A stretch of 63,683 nt of DNA, counting the filler, from Folioceros fuciformis (taxonomy: Eukaryota), in the NCBI GenBank assembly GCA_049999805.1. It is 6 parts of 6 records of this genome, joined end to end, with 100 filler letters (N's around TTAATTAATTAA, not from the genome) between each part and the next. Parts side by side here need not be neighbours in the genome. Positions count along the whole stretch, not along the records: positions 38,836 to 51,729 come from JBNGIO010006303.1; positions 51,830 to 58,020 come from JBNGIO010006310.1; positions 58,121 to 62,136 come from JBNGIO010006318.1; positions 62,237 to 63,683 come from JBNGIO010006397.1; 2 more parts are not named here. One strand, 5' to 3'. Below, in pieces: positions 49,669-63,017 of the stretch (position 1 is the first letter of the stretch; each line of letters begins with the position of its first letter). The notes below the pieces were generated by a model. That model ran no database searches. It saw nothing but the letters and a program-made list of their open reading frames with translations, and was not told the DNA's origin. A program made the translations under genes and the position numbers.

Positions 49669-51540
49669 TTTGTGAAATATCTGCTCCTGCATGGTACCTA
49701 TGGTGTCCTGCTAGTGTTATCCGCACCTGCCCCAGGCGCCGTATGTGCACCGTAGAGCGGCCCACGGGATAAGAGGCGAGGCGTGGACTGGAGCATAGCT
49801 GGTGGAAGGCGATGTAGGCGGCTTGTACTATCATCACTTTCCTTTGTTTCTTTCCTTGTCTGGCGAGCTGCAGCCTCCAATGTGTATGTAGCTCACAAGC
49901 TTGACAAGTATTTGAAATTCTCAGATGGGCCACAGCCCATCATGAGGAGGAATCCGCAAGAGGCGTATGCGATGGAGTCGTGCGAGGGGGATGGAGGGCC
50001 ACAGGTACGGTCTGGGACCCTGTGTCCTTAATGAGTCGGACGTGGTCACGCTTGGATAGAAAAAAGTAGGAGACACTGACGGAGAGCTGAAGAGGAGAGT
50101 GACGTGAAGGCACGAGATGCTTCGATCGAGAGAGTTTCACGGTTGCGACTGTTGCAGGTTATGGCTTGGCCCTGTTATTTCGCGCGGTGTGTGCAGGTCT
50201 GTGTCCAGGCGTTTGGGAAGTGCCCAGACTTGAATACGTACTGTATGTACATTCATTCATCCTTTTGCCTGTCCTGTCGGAGCTTGTTAGTGCTCTCACT
50301 TTTCCGGCCTTGCGTGAAAAGGTGGAAGGTTGAGTCCTCGGTTTGAGAGGCCATCACGTGCAAACGTCTGGAGACGCGGCACGACGGAGTTGTGCATGCC
50401 CAACGTTCCTACCGGCGTTCAGTGTTTTGTTTTACGTGTGTACGTTCACCACAAGTCGGGGGGCATAGGAGTGCAGAATATGGCAGAAGAATTGCGTGTG
50501 GCGTCGGCTGGTGTGCTGACAGGCCGGGCCCGCACAGTGCGTCCAGAAATGGTACAGGTGCATCTCTCGCTGGCGGGAGGGTGACTGGCCAGAGGCTGGC
50601 CTTTGGAGACAGCTTCGGGATGGGTATCGGAATTGTGGGAATCGGAATTGGTCCTGCAGTCAGTGAGGGAGTGAGTGAGCGAATTAACAATGTAAAGGCC
50701 CAGGCCCCAGACCCGGACCCGGTCTCCGGGCTCCCAGTCCTGGACTACTGGACCTTGTGGCTCGCAATATGTATATGCACTCCTGGACCGTCACACTCCA
50801 TCTGGGACCTCGGTAGAGTCACAAGCAGCATTGAATGCGCCTACCAGTCCTGATAAGCTCTGATGAATCAGCACGCCTGGTTGCCAGCTTTCGCCGCTGT
50901 TGCGATGCGTTGAGACGAAGAATACCTCTGAAAGGCCTTTCAAGCAACATTCTGTGTGAATGGGAATGTTGGAAAATGGTGCTGCGTTCCAACCAGAAGG
51001 ATACAAAATCTCCGTCTCCAGCCAAGGGCGAGGATGTGCTGGGTCCCACCCCGACCCGCATGAATTAGTGGAATACAATTGTGTATATGGTGCACCCGCC
51101 GCCATACGACGTAGAATATGTATGTAACATACTCCTGTGAATACTTTCATCCGCGCGACGGAAAAGGGCAGGTGATGAATCAACGTCCACACAAAACAGG
51201 CAGGCCAGGGCCCGAAGCTGTCTTCGGGCTTGCTCCGGCAGTCCGAGTCTCGTGGTTCGGGTCCGGACCTGGTGTGGTTCGGGAAGGGGAGCATCTTGAA
51301 GGAGGGCTATGTCACACGAGCGTGTCGTCTTCCACCATCTCCTCTCTGGTAGCAACGCGCCACCTGTACTGCTACACGACTGAAAGAGTCGCGGGGATTG
51401 GAGGCCGCACTGGCTTCAGAGGCAGGACTGGGCGGACACTGGACCCCGGCGCTATTCCCGTGTCCTCCTTTCGTGGGAAGTTCGTCTAACATTATTTTGT
51501 GTCCAGGCTGGTCCGTCCGCTTCCCTTCTCTTTCACTTCC

Positions 51541-51729
51541 AGGGAGGGGAGAATCGAATGGATTAGCCAGCGCGCCATGACGCACCGATCATTGGCCCGC
51601 CTCGAGAGCCGGTTCAGGGCATTCGGACTCCGGACCACACACGGTTAGAGCCCGAGGTTAAGCTAGGACCAGCTCCAGGCCGTATATAAAGACACCATCT
51701 CCAACTATGGAGGTCAGGCAGCTTCCTCT
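51541..51729 (+). mobile_element. Possible PPT plus start of a retrotransposon LTR, truncated by a gap
   Basis: Purine tract AGGGAGGGGAGAA followed by GC-rich sequence with TATATAAAG at about 51684; no second copy in the window and no clear TG start. Confidence 0.25.
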
Positions 51730-51829
51730 NNNNNNNNNNNNNNNNNNNNNNNNNNNNNNNNNNNNNNNNNNNNTTAATTAATTAANNNNNNNNNNNNNNN
51801 NNNNNNNNNNNNNNNNNNNNNNNNNNNNN

Positions 51830-53000
51830 GAGATCTTCGAACTCGCCTGTACAGTAAGTGCCAGTTCCGTTCCGCAAACCATTGCTCGTCCCTTCGCAAC
51901 CATGTTTCTTGGATTCGAACTGTCAACTGAATTGCTGTGAATTCATTGTACTCGTGGGGCACCCCCTGGCGTGCAGGTGGCCGAGTCGCACGGGACGTTC
52001 CTCTGAACTGGAGACAAAGACTCCAGATCGCTCACGACGCTGCCAAAGGTAAATCTATAGGACTATTCAAACCTTCCTGCCGGACTTTCCTTTGCAAGTC
52101 TTGGTAGACTAAAGCTGGCGCTGACGTGCCTGTGGGTAGGTCTGGAATATCTTCACCACGGTTGCAGCCCAGCAATCTTTCACAGGGATGTGAAAAGCAG
52201 CAACATCCTCTTGAACAGCAATCTAGAAGCCAAAATGGCAGACTTTGGGTTGTCCAAGCTCACAGACCATGAACAAACCCACGTGATGACCATGGTGAAG
52301 GGCACCCTAGGATATCTGGACCCGGAGTGAGTTACTTCCTATCCTCTACCACATACTCAGTTGCACAAGTCGAGGGATCGGATCCTTCCGCAGCTGCTAA
52401 TGGTGGGTGGTGGGGTTGTTCGCAGGTACAACACAACAGGCATGCTCACCGACAAGAGTGATGTCTACAGTTTCGGAGTGGTGTTGTTGGAGATCCTGTG
52501 TGGGCACCCACCCATTCTACAGGAGGGTCCTCAAAGGTTCATCGTGGACAGGGTGAGAGTCCTCATCCTCTCTTTACCTGCCATTCCAACATTCACAGCA
52601 CAAAACTCATCGTTGTGTGTGCCGATTTGAGTCACAGGTGAGGGCCGCCATGAACACTGGAAGCCTTGCATCGGTGGTGGATCCCGCTCTCAAAGGGGAC
52701 TACAAGCTGGAGTCGTTGTGGAGGTTTGCAGAAATCGCCATGAGCTGCGTGCAAATTTCTTCCTCTGTCAGACCGGGCATGAGCAAGGTGGTGGCCGAAC
52801 TCACCCAGACTCTGGAACTGGAGTTCGGAGGGCAACAAGCACAATGGGTCCAGTCCAGCGGCGGGAAAAACAGCGACAGCATTACCCTAAATACCTCGGA
52901 CATCAACCCCGGCCCCACTAGCACCTCCAGCTATTCTGGCTACAGCACAGAGCAGCCTTCCCAAATTTTCTATGCGGATGACGGGCCTCGTGCGTACTGA
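51830..53000 (+). CDS. 3' part (kinase subdomains VI-XI) of an LRR-I receptor-like kinase, partial
   Basis: [40 protein letters not shown]...DFGLSK...[10 protein letters not shown]...[15 protein letters not shown]...; stop at 52998-53000. Confidence 0.92.
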
Positions 53001-53974
53001 GGCTCTTGAGCCTAGGTTCGCCTCTAGTCTTGTTCTTTCACCATGCTCAGGCGACTCGCTCATTCTAACTGTTGGCCACATTGTCGAGGATGCCACCATT
53101 TTTTGTAGGATGCCAGACACCATGGTGTAGCTTTCACTCAGTCGTCTGCCTCCGCACGAACTTGTAAGACCAACATGAAGCTGCCCTGCAGTCTTTGGGA
53201 AGGAGCACGGATTTCGGTTTCACACGGTTTGAGCACGGTTCACCCTTCAGGGTGGCTTGACCTCGTCCGGTCCTTTCACAGATCTCTTGACAATCGAGGG
53301 AAATGTGCCCAGGCTCTCGCACCCGCTGATGCTGACGAGCTAGTGATGGCGGGCACTACATAACTGGCGAGCTCACCAACAAGAGCGATCTTTTCAGTTT
53401 CGCGGCTGGGCTTGTTGGAGATCTTGTGTTGACAGGCACCCACGGTATTCGGCAAGCACCTATGGGCTTCACAGGTTCATTGAGGAAAGGGGGAAATCCT
53501 CATGTTCTCTTGCTTTTCTCTCGAAACGCCTCTGATCTGCACAGCAATGTCTGAAAGTCTGTGCAAGCACACGGCACAGGCGCCCCCTTCTGTGTGCCAG
53601 CATCTGCGACCCAGTGGCTGTGCCGACCCACGGTCGCCGCATCAACGATGAATGCCAGGCTTGCAAAGTGCAGTTTAGGCGGGCATGTCTGCCAGTGTAA
53701 TTCACATTACCCGGCCTCGTTTACGGGGTCAACGCGCAGCAAAACTCTCACGGAAGGTTCGAGGTACAGCGCACTCGTTACTGCCACCTAATCCGAGGGG
53801 AGGCGGGTCCACGGCTGGATCATTGTTCGTCGCAGGATCAGCAGCGAGGGGAAGCGTGGCGGTTGGTTCTGGGTGAAGCATTTCCGGATTGCATCTGCTT
53901 GTAGATTAGAGATTGAAAACCTCCCCGATCCAGCGCGCGACGAGGTGGCTGTGGCAATCTTCCAGTTCCCGGCG

Positions 53975-56900
53975 ATGGAATCTCCGGCTCTAAGCCTGCG
54001 CGGCCGGAGGCGGTGGTTGCTGTGGCTTGTGGGCGTTGCGCTGCTGCAAAGCGTTGTCCGCATTGCCGATGGGCAGACCAACGGTGCGTGCTCTGCTGCT
54101 GCTTCCTGCAAAAGCTTCCTTCCTTGCTTCCTGCTTTCACCGCAGCTTTGCCCAGCAGCCCACAAGGCCAGAATTTTCTGGTGCCTCAATCCTGAAACGC
54201 GCGTGTTCAGGGTTCATCAGCATCGACTGCGGCGCGGATGCGGATTTCAGTTACACGAATCCCGACACCGACCTCTCCTTCGTCAGCGACGCGAGCTACA
54301 TCTCCACCGGGGAAGTGGCGTCCACGTCGGACGCCCAGGTCACGGATCTCACCTCGCTCAGGTTCTTCCCCGCCTCATCGCCCGTGAAGAACTGCTACGA
54401 CCTGGTCGTCGTCAACAACACGCAGTACATGGTGCGAGCCTGGTTCTACTTCGGGGACTACACCACGGTGCCAGCAAACGGCATCAACTTCCAGGTAGTG
54501 CGTCCATTTTCCCCGGTCTCGGCAGAGGTGATTGTGTGGCTTGGTACCTGGCTGGAGTGCGGAGCCTGAGAGAGGGTGTGGCGGCAGATTGCTGTGGATG
54601 CTACGGTGTGGGTGCGCGTCACCATCGACACCACTCCGGACACTGCGACCTATTACGAGGTCATGGTCATCGCCACCAAGCCCAGCATGAGTGTCTGTTT
54701 GATCCGGCTGGACAGCAGCGACCCTTTTATCAACACCCTGGAGCTCAGGCCGGTCTCTAGCTCCTCGTACAACGGATATTTGGATGAGGGCAGAACCATC
54801 ATGCCCCTGCTCCTCCGGCGTAACTTCGGGGAGCAGACAACCACGTACAGGTTGGATATCAATGTAGGGATCCCCTGTGAGCCTGAAAGTGCAGTCTGCA
54901 GCTTAGGCGGCCTTGACATGGCCGATCTGTGTGCTTGTAGGTATCCTTCTGATAACTACGATCGGATATGGCCGCCCATGCCCAACGGGCCTGGATCCAC
55001 ACAGTCCAGCCTTTTTGCACCTGGGTATCCTAACTCTCCAGTCCAGATTGTCACCGTTGGAGCTTATCAGATAGACTATCCTCCCGACATTGTTATGCAG
55101 TCAGCTGTTACCGATCCCACTCTGCTCAACTACACCGTCACCGTGGTTGTCCCCGACACGCCTTCTCCTACAGTCTACGCCTACGTGTTCTTCGCCGAAC
55201 TCAACAACAGTGCGACTTCAGGACTCAGGTGACCTCATCGCAGACCTTGGCGTCCTTCTTCCTCTTGCGCATGTCACAATTGGTAGCTTCTTATGCCTGG
55301 TTTGGTTTCGGGTTATGCAGTCGGGTAATAGACTTCCAGCCGAATTTCTATCCCAGGGCTCCACCAGGTTATGTCCTGAATATCACTGATTTAGTTCCAC
55401 AGTACACTACATACCAGTTTGGAGCGAAGAGCTATGATGTTCCTTTGAATCAGCCTGAAATGGTGTTCGCTTTCCTTCCTAATGCGCAAACGAATCTTCC
55501 CCCGGCCGTGAATGCACTTGAGCTGTACCAGGTCATAGAGATGAGTTCGTCTACAAATGCGCAAGATGGTGAGTTCGTGGACAAGGCCCCTGGTTTGCTC
55601 GTTTTCATGGTTTAGCTATGGTATGGTGATGATATGATCGTGCTACATTGCAGCCTCTTCGCTGGCTGATGTAAAGCTGGCTCTCAACTACTCTCGGTGG
55701 AGTGGGGATCCGTGTAGTCCTGTGCCATGGGAAGGAGTAATTTGTGTCAGCAATGGAGTCACAGCCTTGTGAAGTTCTACCCAGCCCGTTTTGTTCTACA
55801 AGCTTGTAACATTGTGCACGATGACAGCAATTGACTGCTTTGCAACGTTGCCAATTTGTGCAGGGATCTTTCGGGCAAGAGTCTCAGCGGCCCTATTCCC
55901 ACAACCATTTCCGGCCTGACAGGTCTTAAAAATCTGTAAGCTATGCTTGTCCTGTGACTCTTGCAAGTCTGTTCGCATAAAAGCAGGCGAAGGGACGGCT
56001 GTGCGGGAGCTTGATAGTTAAACTGTACGTGGATGCCAGGGCATTTTGCTCTGCCTGATGATCTCTTCTGGTTGCAACTGACAGGAACCTATCTAACAAC
56101 CGGTTCTCTGGCCCTCTGCCCACTTGGTTACCACAGTTGACCTCTTTAACGAGTCTGTAAGTGCGACTTGGACTTCGTCTTCATGTCGAGTGTGGTTATG
56201 CAATGTTGTGTCTTTTGTTGTGATGAGGTTGGCTAATTGATGAAAGCGCTTCCGCCTTGGTGTAGGGATGTAAGTAACAACAACCTGAGTGGCTCCTTCC
56301 CTGCCACCTACTTGAGCCGGTACGCCTTCTTCAGGTGAGGGCGAACCAATGTAACAGCTCCAACCTCCCAGCTTGCGGTGTTTAGACGCTTATTTGTTGT
56401 AAACTCCGGTCGGTTGTTCTTTCGATCTCCATGTGAAGGTTGGTTGTTCTTCTGTAGGTATTCTGGTAATGTTCAGCTTCAGTGTGTTGCTTCAGCGAAT
56501 GCGATCTGCCCGGACGTCCCACCACCTGCTCCAACACTCAGCCCACCAATACCAGCTACACCACCAGGAGTAAACGGGAGTAACACGACATCCAAGAGCA
56601 AAAGTTCCATTGGGCCGGTCATTGGTGGCGTCGTGGGTGGTGTCTTGATCCTCATTATCATAGTTTTGGGCGTCCTTTGGTGCTTCTGCCGGAAAAGACA
56701 GCCCACCCAAGAGACCACACCTCCTTCACCATTAGCTACCATTTCAACCGAAGGTGAGTTGCACAACCCAACTGACAACTGGTTGCTACTCGTGGACATG
56801 GATGTCACATTCTGTAATTTACTGTGTGAACTGTGCTGTAGCCTCTCCACTGTATCCACTATCGAACCCATCACATCATACCAGTAGGAAAGCTCAACCA

Positions 56901-58020
56901 TTTGCTCTGAGCACCGTCAAGGATGCTACGAACAACTTTGCGAGGAAAATCGGTGAGGGGGGCTTTGGACCAGTTTACTATGGGCTGCTCAACGAGCAAG
57001 AAGTTGCCGTAAAAGTCATGTCCGGGAAGTCCCAGCAAGGGCTTAACGAGTTCTCCAACGAGGTATTTCAGACCGGTGTTTACTGTGCCTTGTCCCCAAC
57101 CTGTTGCAGGCATCCTGATGATAGAGGCTGAAACTTGATTTCGAGGTGCACTCGCTGGGGAACTGACGGCGCGCCCGTCGTTGTTTCCTAGATCGATCTT
57201 CTGTCAACGGTGCACTACAAAAAACTGGTGTCACTTGTTGGGTACTGTGAGGAAGGGAAGGAACTCATTCTCTTGTATGAGTATATGTCTGGAGGAGATC
57301 TTCGAACTCGCCTGTACAGTAAGTGCCAGTTCCGTTCCGCAAACCATTGCTCGTCCCTTCGCAACCATGTTTCTTGGATTCGAACTGTCAACTGAATTGC
57401 TGTGAATTCATTGTACTCGTGGGGCACCCCCTGGCGTGCAGGTGGCCGAGTCGCACGGGACGTTCCTCTGAACTGGAGACAAAGACTCCAGATCGCTCAC
57501 GACGCTGCCAAAGGTAAATCTATAGGACTATTCAAACCTTCCTGCCGGACTTTCCTTTGCAAGTCTTGGTAGACTAAAGCTGGCGCTGACGTGCCTGTGG
57601 GTAGGTCTGGAATATCTTCACCACGGTTGCAGCCCAGCAATCTTTCACAGGGATGTGAAAAGCAGCAACATCCTCTTGAACAGCAATCTAGAAGCCAAAA
57701 TGGCAGACTTTGGGTTGTCCAAGCTCACAGACCATGAACAAACCCACGTGATGACCATGGTGAAGGGCACCCTAGGATATCTGGACCCGGAGTGAGTTAC
57801 TTCCTATCCTCTACCACATACTCAGTTGCACAAGTCGAGGGATCGGATCCTTCCGCAGCTGCTAATGGTGGGTGGTGGGGTTGTTCGCAGGTACAACACA
57901 ACAGGCATGCTCACCGACAAGAGTGATGTCTACAGTTTCGGAGTGGTGTTGTTGGAGATCCTGTGTGGGCACCCACCCATTCTACAGGAGGGTCCTCAAA
58001 GGTTCATCGTGGACAGGGTG
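53975..58020 (+). CDS. Malectin-like domain LRR receptor-like kinase (LRR-I type), 3' end truncated by a gap
   Basis: Signal peptide, [36 protein letters not shown], short LRR exons, TM ([21 protein letters not shown]), GEGGFGPVY...[12 protein letters not shown]. Confidence 0.93.
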
Positions 58021-58120
58021 NNNNNNNNNNNNNNNNNNNNNNNNNNNNNNNNNNNNNNNNNNNNTTAATTAATTAANNNNNNNNNNNNNNNNNNNNNNNN
58101 NNNNNNNNNNNNNNNNNNNN

Positions 58121-61100
58121 CAAGGTGCCATGCGCCCACTTCCGTGCCAAAACTGTGGAGGTTATGGACACGCGGAAGGCCAATGTCACTTGCCAAAACA
58201 ACCCAGACCGGTTTATAAGCAGGTGCAGATCATTCCTAGGGAGCAAACCGCACTCAACTACGGCCATTCAGCCGGAACGGAGAATCCGGAGAAATGACGG
58301 TGCGAGGTGGAGCTCCCGGTCGTAACGGAGAGCGTGGTGAACAGAGTATCTACTCGGGGCTCCACCAAAGACCCAGTCGAACGACCTGCCCGAGGCAGGA
58401 AGAAGAAGATGAGGAGAAGACCGGAATCTAGCACAGATTCCGATCCTGCTCCCGCAACTCTGCAACCAGAGACCGGACGGAGTCAAACAACGGAGGACGT
58501 AGACCAGAACCGGATTCCTATAGACATCAGCGCCGATATCCGAACGGAGATAGCAGAGTCCCATGTGGACCGTCCACGGAAACAGGTCAGTTTCGCAGAG
58601 ACCCCTGTTATTATAAAACCGGATATGGGTAGTCATGAGTATAACATCGTCCAAGATATCCGGGATCAGAAGGCCAACGTCACAATCGGTCAGCTTCTCC
58701 ATGACAATGTAGCATATCAAAAGCTGATCCGAGAAGCTTGGATGCGGAAACGAAGAAAGAGGATGAAGCTTCCGGCAGTAGCTGTGAACTTCACCCAACC
58801 GGAAGATGCCGGAGCACCAGAAGTCACCGTCGAAATCGAGGGATGCTCGATTCCAAAGGTCCCTGTCGATGGAGGATCTGGAGTGAATCTGATGCTGGAA
58901 GACACTGCCTTCGAGTTAGGATTCACTTCCTTTGAAACCACAGAGCAAGTTCTTCGACTGGCCGACCAATCACGGGTGAATCCGGTTGGCAAACTCTCGC
59001 AAGTACCGACGCGGATTGGAGGAATGGATTACCTCCTTAATTACGTCATAATCCGGGTTCTCAAGGGGAGACCTTTTCCACTATTACTCGGAAGACCCTG
59101 GTTATATTCAGCTCGAGTACTAGTGGATTGGGGTGCAAAGGAACTGGTGGTCGGGGACCCGATCATCAGGATACCCTGGGCCACGGAAACATATTTAGGC
59201 GAGACTAGTGAATCGGATGGTTACACATCCGACTGGACGGACGCCGAAGATTCCGTCCCTAGTTACTACGTTGATCAATTCGAACATGAGACGGAATCAA
59301 ACTTTGGATTCTCAGAAGCTATATTGGAGCATTTTCCGGAAGGGGTCCGCCAAACCCCCACGGAAGATCGATCCCTCGGAGAATCCAGCGTCCCGCTCAC
59401 AGCAGAATGGGTCGCTCACCAGATCGGCAGCGGAAATCTTCCGACCGGTGAAGAAGAAAGAGGATGGGGACAGCTCGATGCCGCTCAGGAGGAGAGACTC
59501 GACGAAAAGGTAAAGCCCATCGTTTGCCCCACTGATTATGAAAAGACGGATGTAGATCCGGGTAGGAGTTTCTTTCTCAACAAACTCCTAGACCACGCGG
59601 AGAAATCCGGTTATATGGAACTGTTGAAGGAGTACCTAGACGTGTTCGCCTGGGTACCCTCTGACTTAACAGGCATTCCGCCTCACTTGGGAGAGCATCA
59701 TATCGACCTGACGGAAGGATCACTTCCGGTCCGTCAGCGGCAGTACCGGCTCAACCCCAAGTACTCGTTGATGGTAAAGGAGGAAATCGACCGGCTGTTA
59801 GAAGCCGGATTCATCTATCCGGTGAATAACTCCGAGTGGGTTTCCCCCATAGTCGTTGTCCCGAAAAAGGTAGGGACTGATGGCAAAGTCAAGATCCGAG
59901 TCTGTCAAGATTTCCGGAAATTGAACGCATCAACAAAGAAGGATTATTTTCCACTGCCGTTCACGGATATGATTTTAGATCACGTGGCCGGACATGAGTG
60001 TTATAGCTTCCTGGATGGGTTTTCCGGCTACAACCAGGTATCCATCCGGAACTGCGACCAGTTGAAGACAACGTTCACCACGGAATGGGGGACTTTTGCC
60101 TTCACTCGGATGCCGTTCGGATTGTGTAACGCGCCCGGAACCTTCCAGCGACTTATGATGGACATCTTCAAGGATTTCCTTCGACATTTTATCGAGGTGT
60201 TCATCGACGACTTTGCGGTATTCAGTAACCGGAAGGACCATTTGGAGTATCTACGGAAGACGTTCCAGAGATGCCGAGAAACTAACCTGAAGTTGCATCC
60301 CGGGAAGTGTTTCTTCGGGATGAATTCCGGACTTCTGTTAGGACATGTGGTAAGCCGAACCGGATTGCAAGTCGACTTGGAGAAAGTCAAAGCTATCCTA
60401 ACACTACTACCCCCGACAAACGTTAGAGAAATCCGCGGATTTCTCGGATGCGTTGGGTACTACCGTCGATTCATCGACGGGTATGCCAAGAGAGCCATTC
60501 CGCTCACAGAACTACTCAAACAGGATACGGAGTTTACGTGGACCGGAGAGCGCCAGGAGGCCTTCGAGGATTTGAAAGCTCAGCTGGCCAAGGCTCCGAT
60601 CCTTTCCGTTCCTGACTGGACCAAGGAGTTTCATGTCACCATCGATGCATCCGGTTGGTGCCTGGGTTCCATCCTCTGGCAGTTCGACGAGCAGAAGCGA
60701 GAGAATCCGATCTACTACGCGAGCAGACAGATGAGTGCTGCGGAACGGAACTACACGACCACGGAACGAGAAGCACTCGCAGTAGTATATTCATGTAAGA
60801 AGTTCCGACACTACCTTCTAGGTTACAAGGTAATTTTCCATACAGACCATGATTCATTAAAATACCTTGTCAACAAACCGGATCTGTCTGGCCGGATTGC
60901 TCGCTGGATTCTCCTTTTACAGGAGTTTGATTTCGAAGTAGTAGTCAAACCCGGAAAGGCAAACTCGAACGCAGATTACCTCTCTAGACAAAGAGGTAAG
61001 GAAAGTATAGCGGATATTTCTGCTGATTTTCCTGATGAATTTTCAGAACCCCTGGGGTTATCAGCCGAGGTTTTAGAACCGGGATCCATTCCGGTTAACA

Positions 61101-62136
61101 TCTTCCACCTTGGGAGTGAGGCTGTTTCCGAATATCAAAGTGTCATAGACTATTTGGTAGAATCCAGATATCCGGAACAGATGAGCCGCGAGGAAAAGGA
61201 GATATTCCAGAGACAAGCCGCTCCCTACACGTTGATCAAAGGAGTCCTTTTTAAACAAGGAGCGGATGATGTCCTCAGGAGATGTTTGGAACCAGCAGAC
61301 CGGAAGAAAGTTATCCGAGCCCTGCATGCTGGAAGCTCAGGTGGGCATTTCGCCTTTGTAAATACCATCAACCGAATCCGAACAGCCGGATACTGGTGGC
61401 CGTATTTACACCGAGATGTCCGAGAATTCGTCAAGAGTTGCGATCAGTGTCAACGGATAGGAGCGCCCTCCTTCCGGAACCACTGGCCGCTAACTCCCAT
61501 CATTCCCTTAGCTCCTTTTGAGAAATGGGGGATTGATTTTATTGGACCAATTCATCCGGTTAGCGTCCGGAAGAAGAGGTACATAATCCTAGCAACTGAC
61601 TACGCAACCAGGTGGGTTGAGGCCAAGGCTACACGGAAGAACGACGCGGAAACTTCCGCAAGTTTTTTGTTTGAAGCAATTATGATGAGATTTGGGCATC
61701 CGCTGGAGCTAGTCAGTGATCGAGGAACGCACTTCCTCAACGACGTCATTGTAGATCTGACCGACAAGTACCTCATCAAACACCGAAAGACCACTCCATA
61801 CAATCCGAAGGCAAACGGGTTGACGGAGCGGGCGAACGGTATCATTGGGAAGATCTTGAACAAGGTGGTTTCCGCTCACAAGACGGACTGGGACCGGAAA
61901 CTCCCTTCGGCAGTTCATGCATACAATACGACGGAGAAGACCACAACCGGAAAGACACCGTATTTCTTGGTCTTTGGACAGGAGGCAGTACATGGAGTGG
62001 AGCTCCAAGTGGAAACATTCCGGGTGATGGCAGCCCGAAATGCCGAATCAAGGTGCGACACTCTCCCACGCCTTCTTGCCATTGAAGAGTTGGAAGAAAT
62101 CCGGAATGCAGCCCTCGAAAGGACCAAACGGGTCCA
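58121..62136 (+). mobile_element. Ty3/Gypsy retrotransposon internal region: gag end plus uninterrupted pol (PR-RT-RH-INT), bounded by gaps
   Basis: CQNCGGYGHAEGQC zinc knuckle, TGA at 58295, then open frame with VDGGSGVN protease, YFPLP...FIDDF RT, DAS...TDHDSL RNaseH and WGIDFIGP...SDRGTHF integrase. Confidence 0.95.
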
Positions 62137-62236
62137 NNNNNNNNNNNNNNNNNNNNNNNNNNNNNNNNNNNNNNNNNNNNTTAATTAATTAANNNNNNNN
62201 NNNNNNNNNNNNNNNNNNNNNNNNNNNNNNNNNNNN

Positions 62237-63017
62237 CGGTGCCGCTTAGGTCAAAGTGTGTTCCTTGGCACCCGGGACATTGATCCGTAAGCACCACGTG
62301 GGTTCCCGAAGATGAGCAAATCCCTAAGGTGCATCGCACCTATGTGTACATCCATAGTTTGACTGGTTAGTTTGCATTTACACAAACCATACAACGTAAC
62401 AATAAGCATTTGTAATTCACGCATGAATTCTTGTGTGCAGACATGCAAGACCTTGTGCATAAAGTTTTGCATATACGTACCACAAAGCAAGCTCCGCAAC
62501 CAAAGCCATCGTTGAATAGACTATTGCTTCCAGCTGTTATTGAACTGCCGTATAGACTACTAGAAAGGGTTCCGTAACCGCATGCACCGCCTGCACTCAA
62601 TTCATCCAATACACAAATTGAGTTGCATTACACATGCCGATCTCACACCACAAGATAGTTATGTACAACATGATGGGCATAATTCCACAACAATTCAAAT
62701 CGTAGCCAGGGCATTGCAATGTGCGTACCGTCAGTGCCGTCTCCATTCGGCCAAGGACCATACGTAGTTGCTTGGGCTGCGCCTTGCCAATCCGAATCGT
62801 ATTCCACGTCTTCCTCGCACATATTCACAACATTGGTATTTGCAATGAGTACAAGAGCAATATTCAATATCCAAGTTGGAGCCACCATCAATCACACCAT
62901 GCGTCACTTGGTATCACTTGAACGTGACTTACCATCAATGGAGTGCACGAAGGCAACATTAGACAAAAGCAAGATAACCATAACCAAAGACCCACCCATG
63001 GCCGAACCCATAACCAT
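62237..63017 (-). CDS. EXPB: Beta-expansin, partial (3' end in gap); possibly pseudogenised
   Basis: Signal peptide exon 63017-62933; WQGAAQATTYGPWPNGDGTD|GGACGYG...LFNDGFGCGACFV|VRCTLGICSSSGTHVVLTDQCPGCQGTHFDLSGT. Confidence 0.85.

Noticed and set aside
50859-50935. CTGATGA...GAAA resembling a hammerhead ribozyme core
   Set aside because: Stems I-III could not be formed around the core nucleotides.
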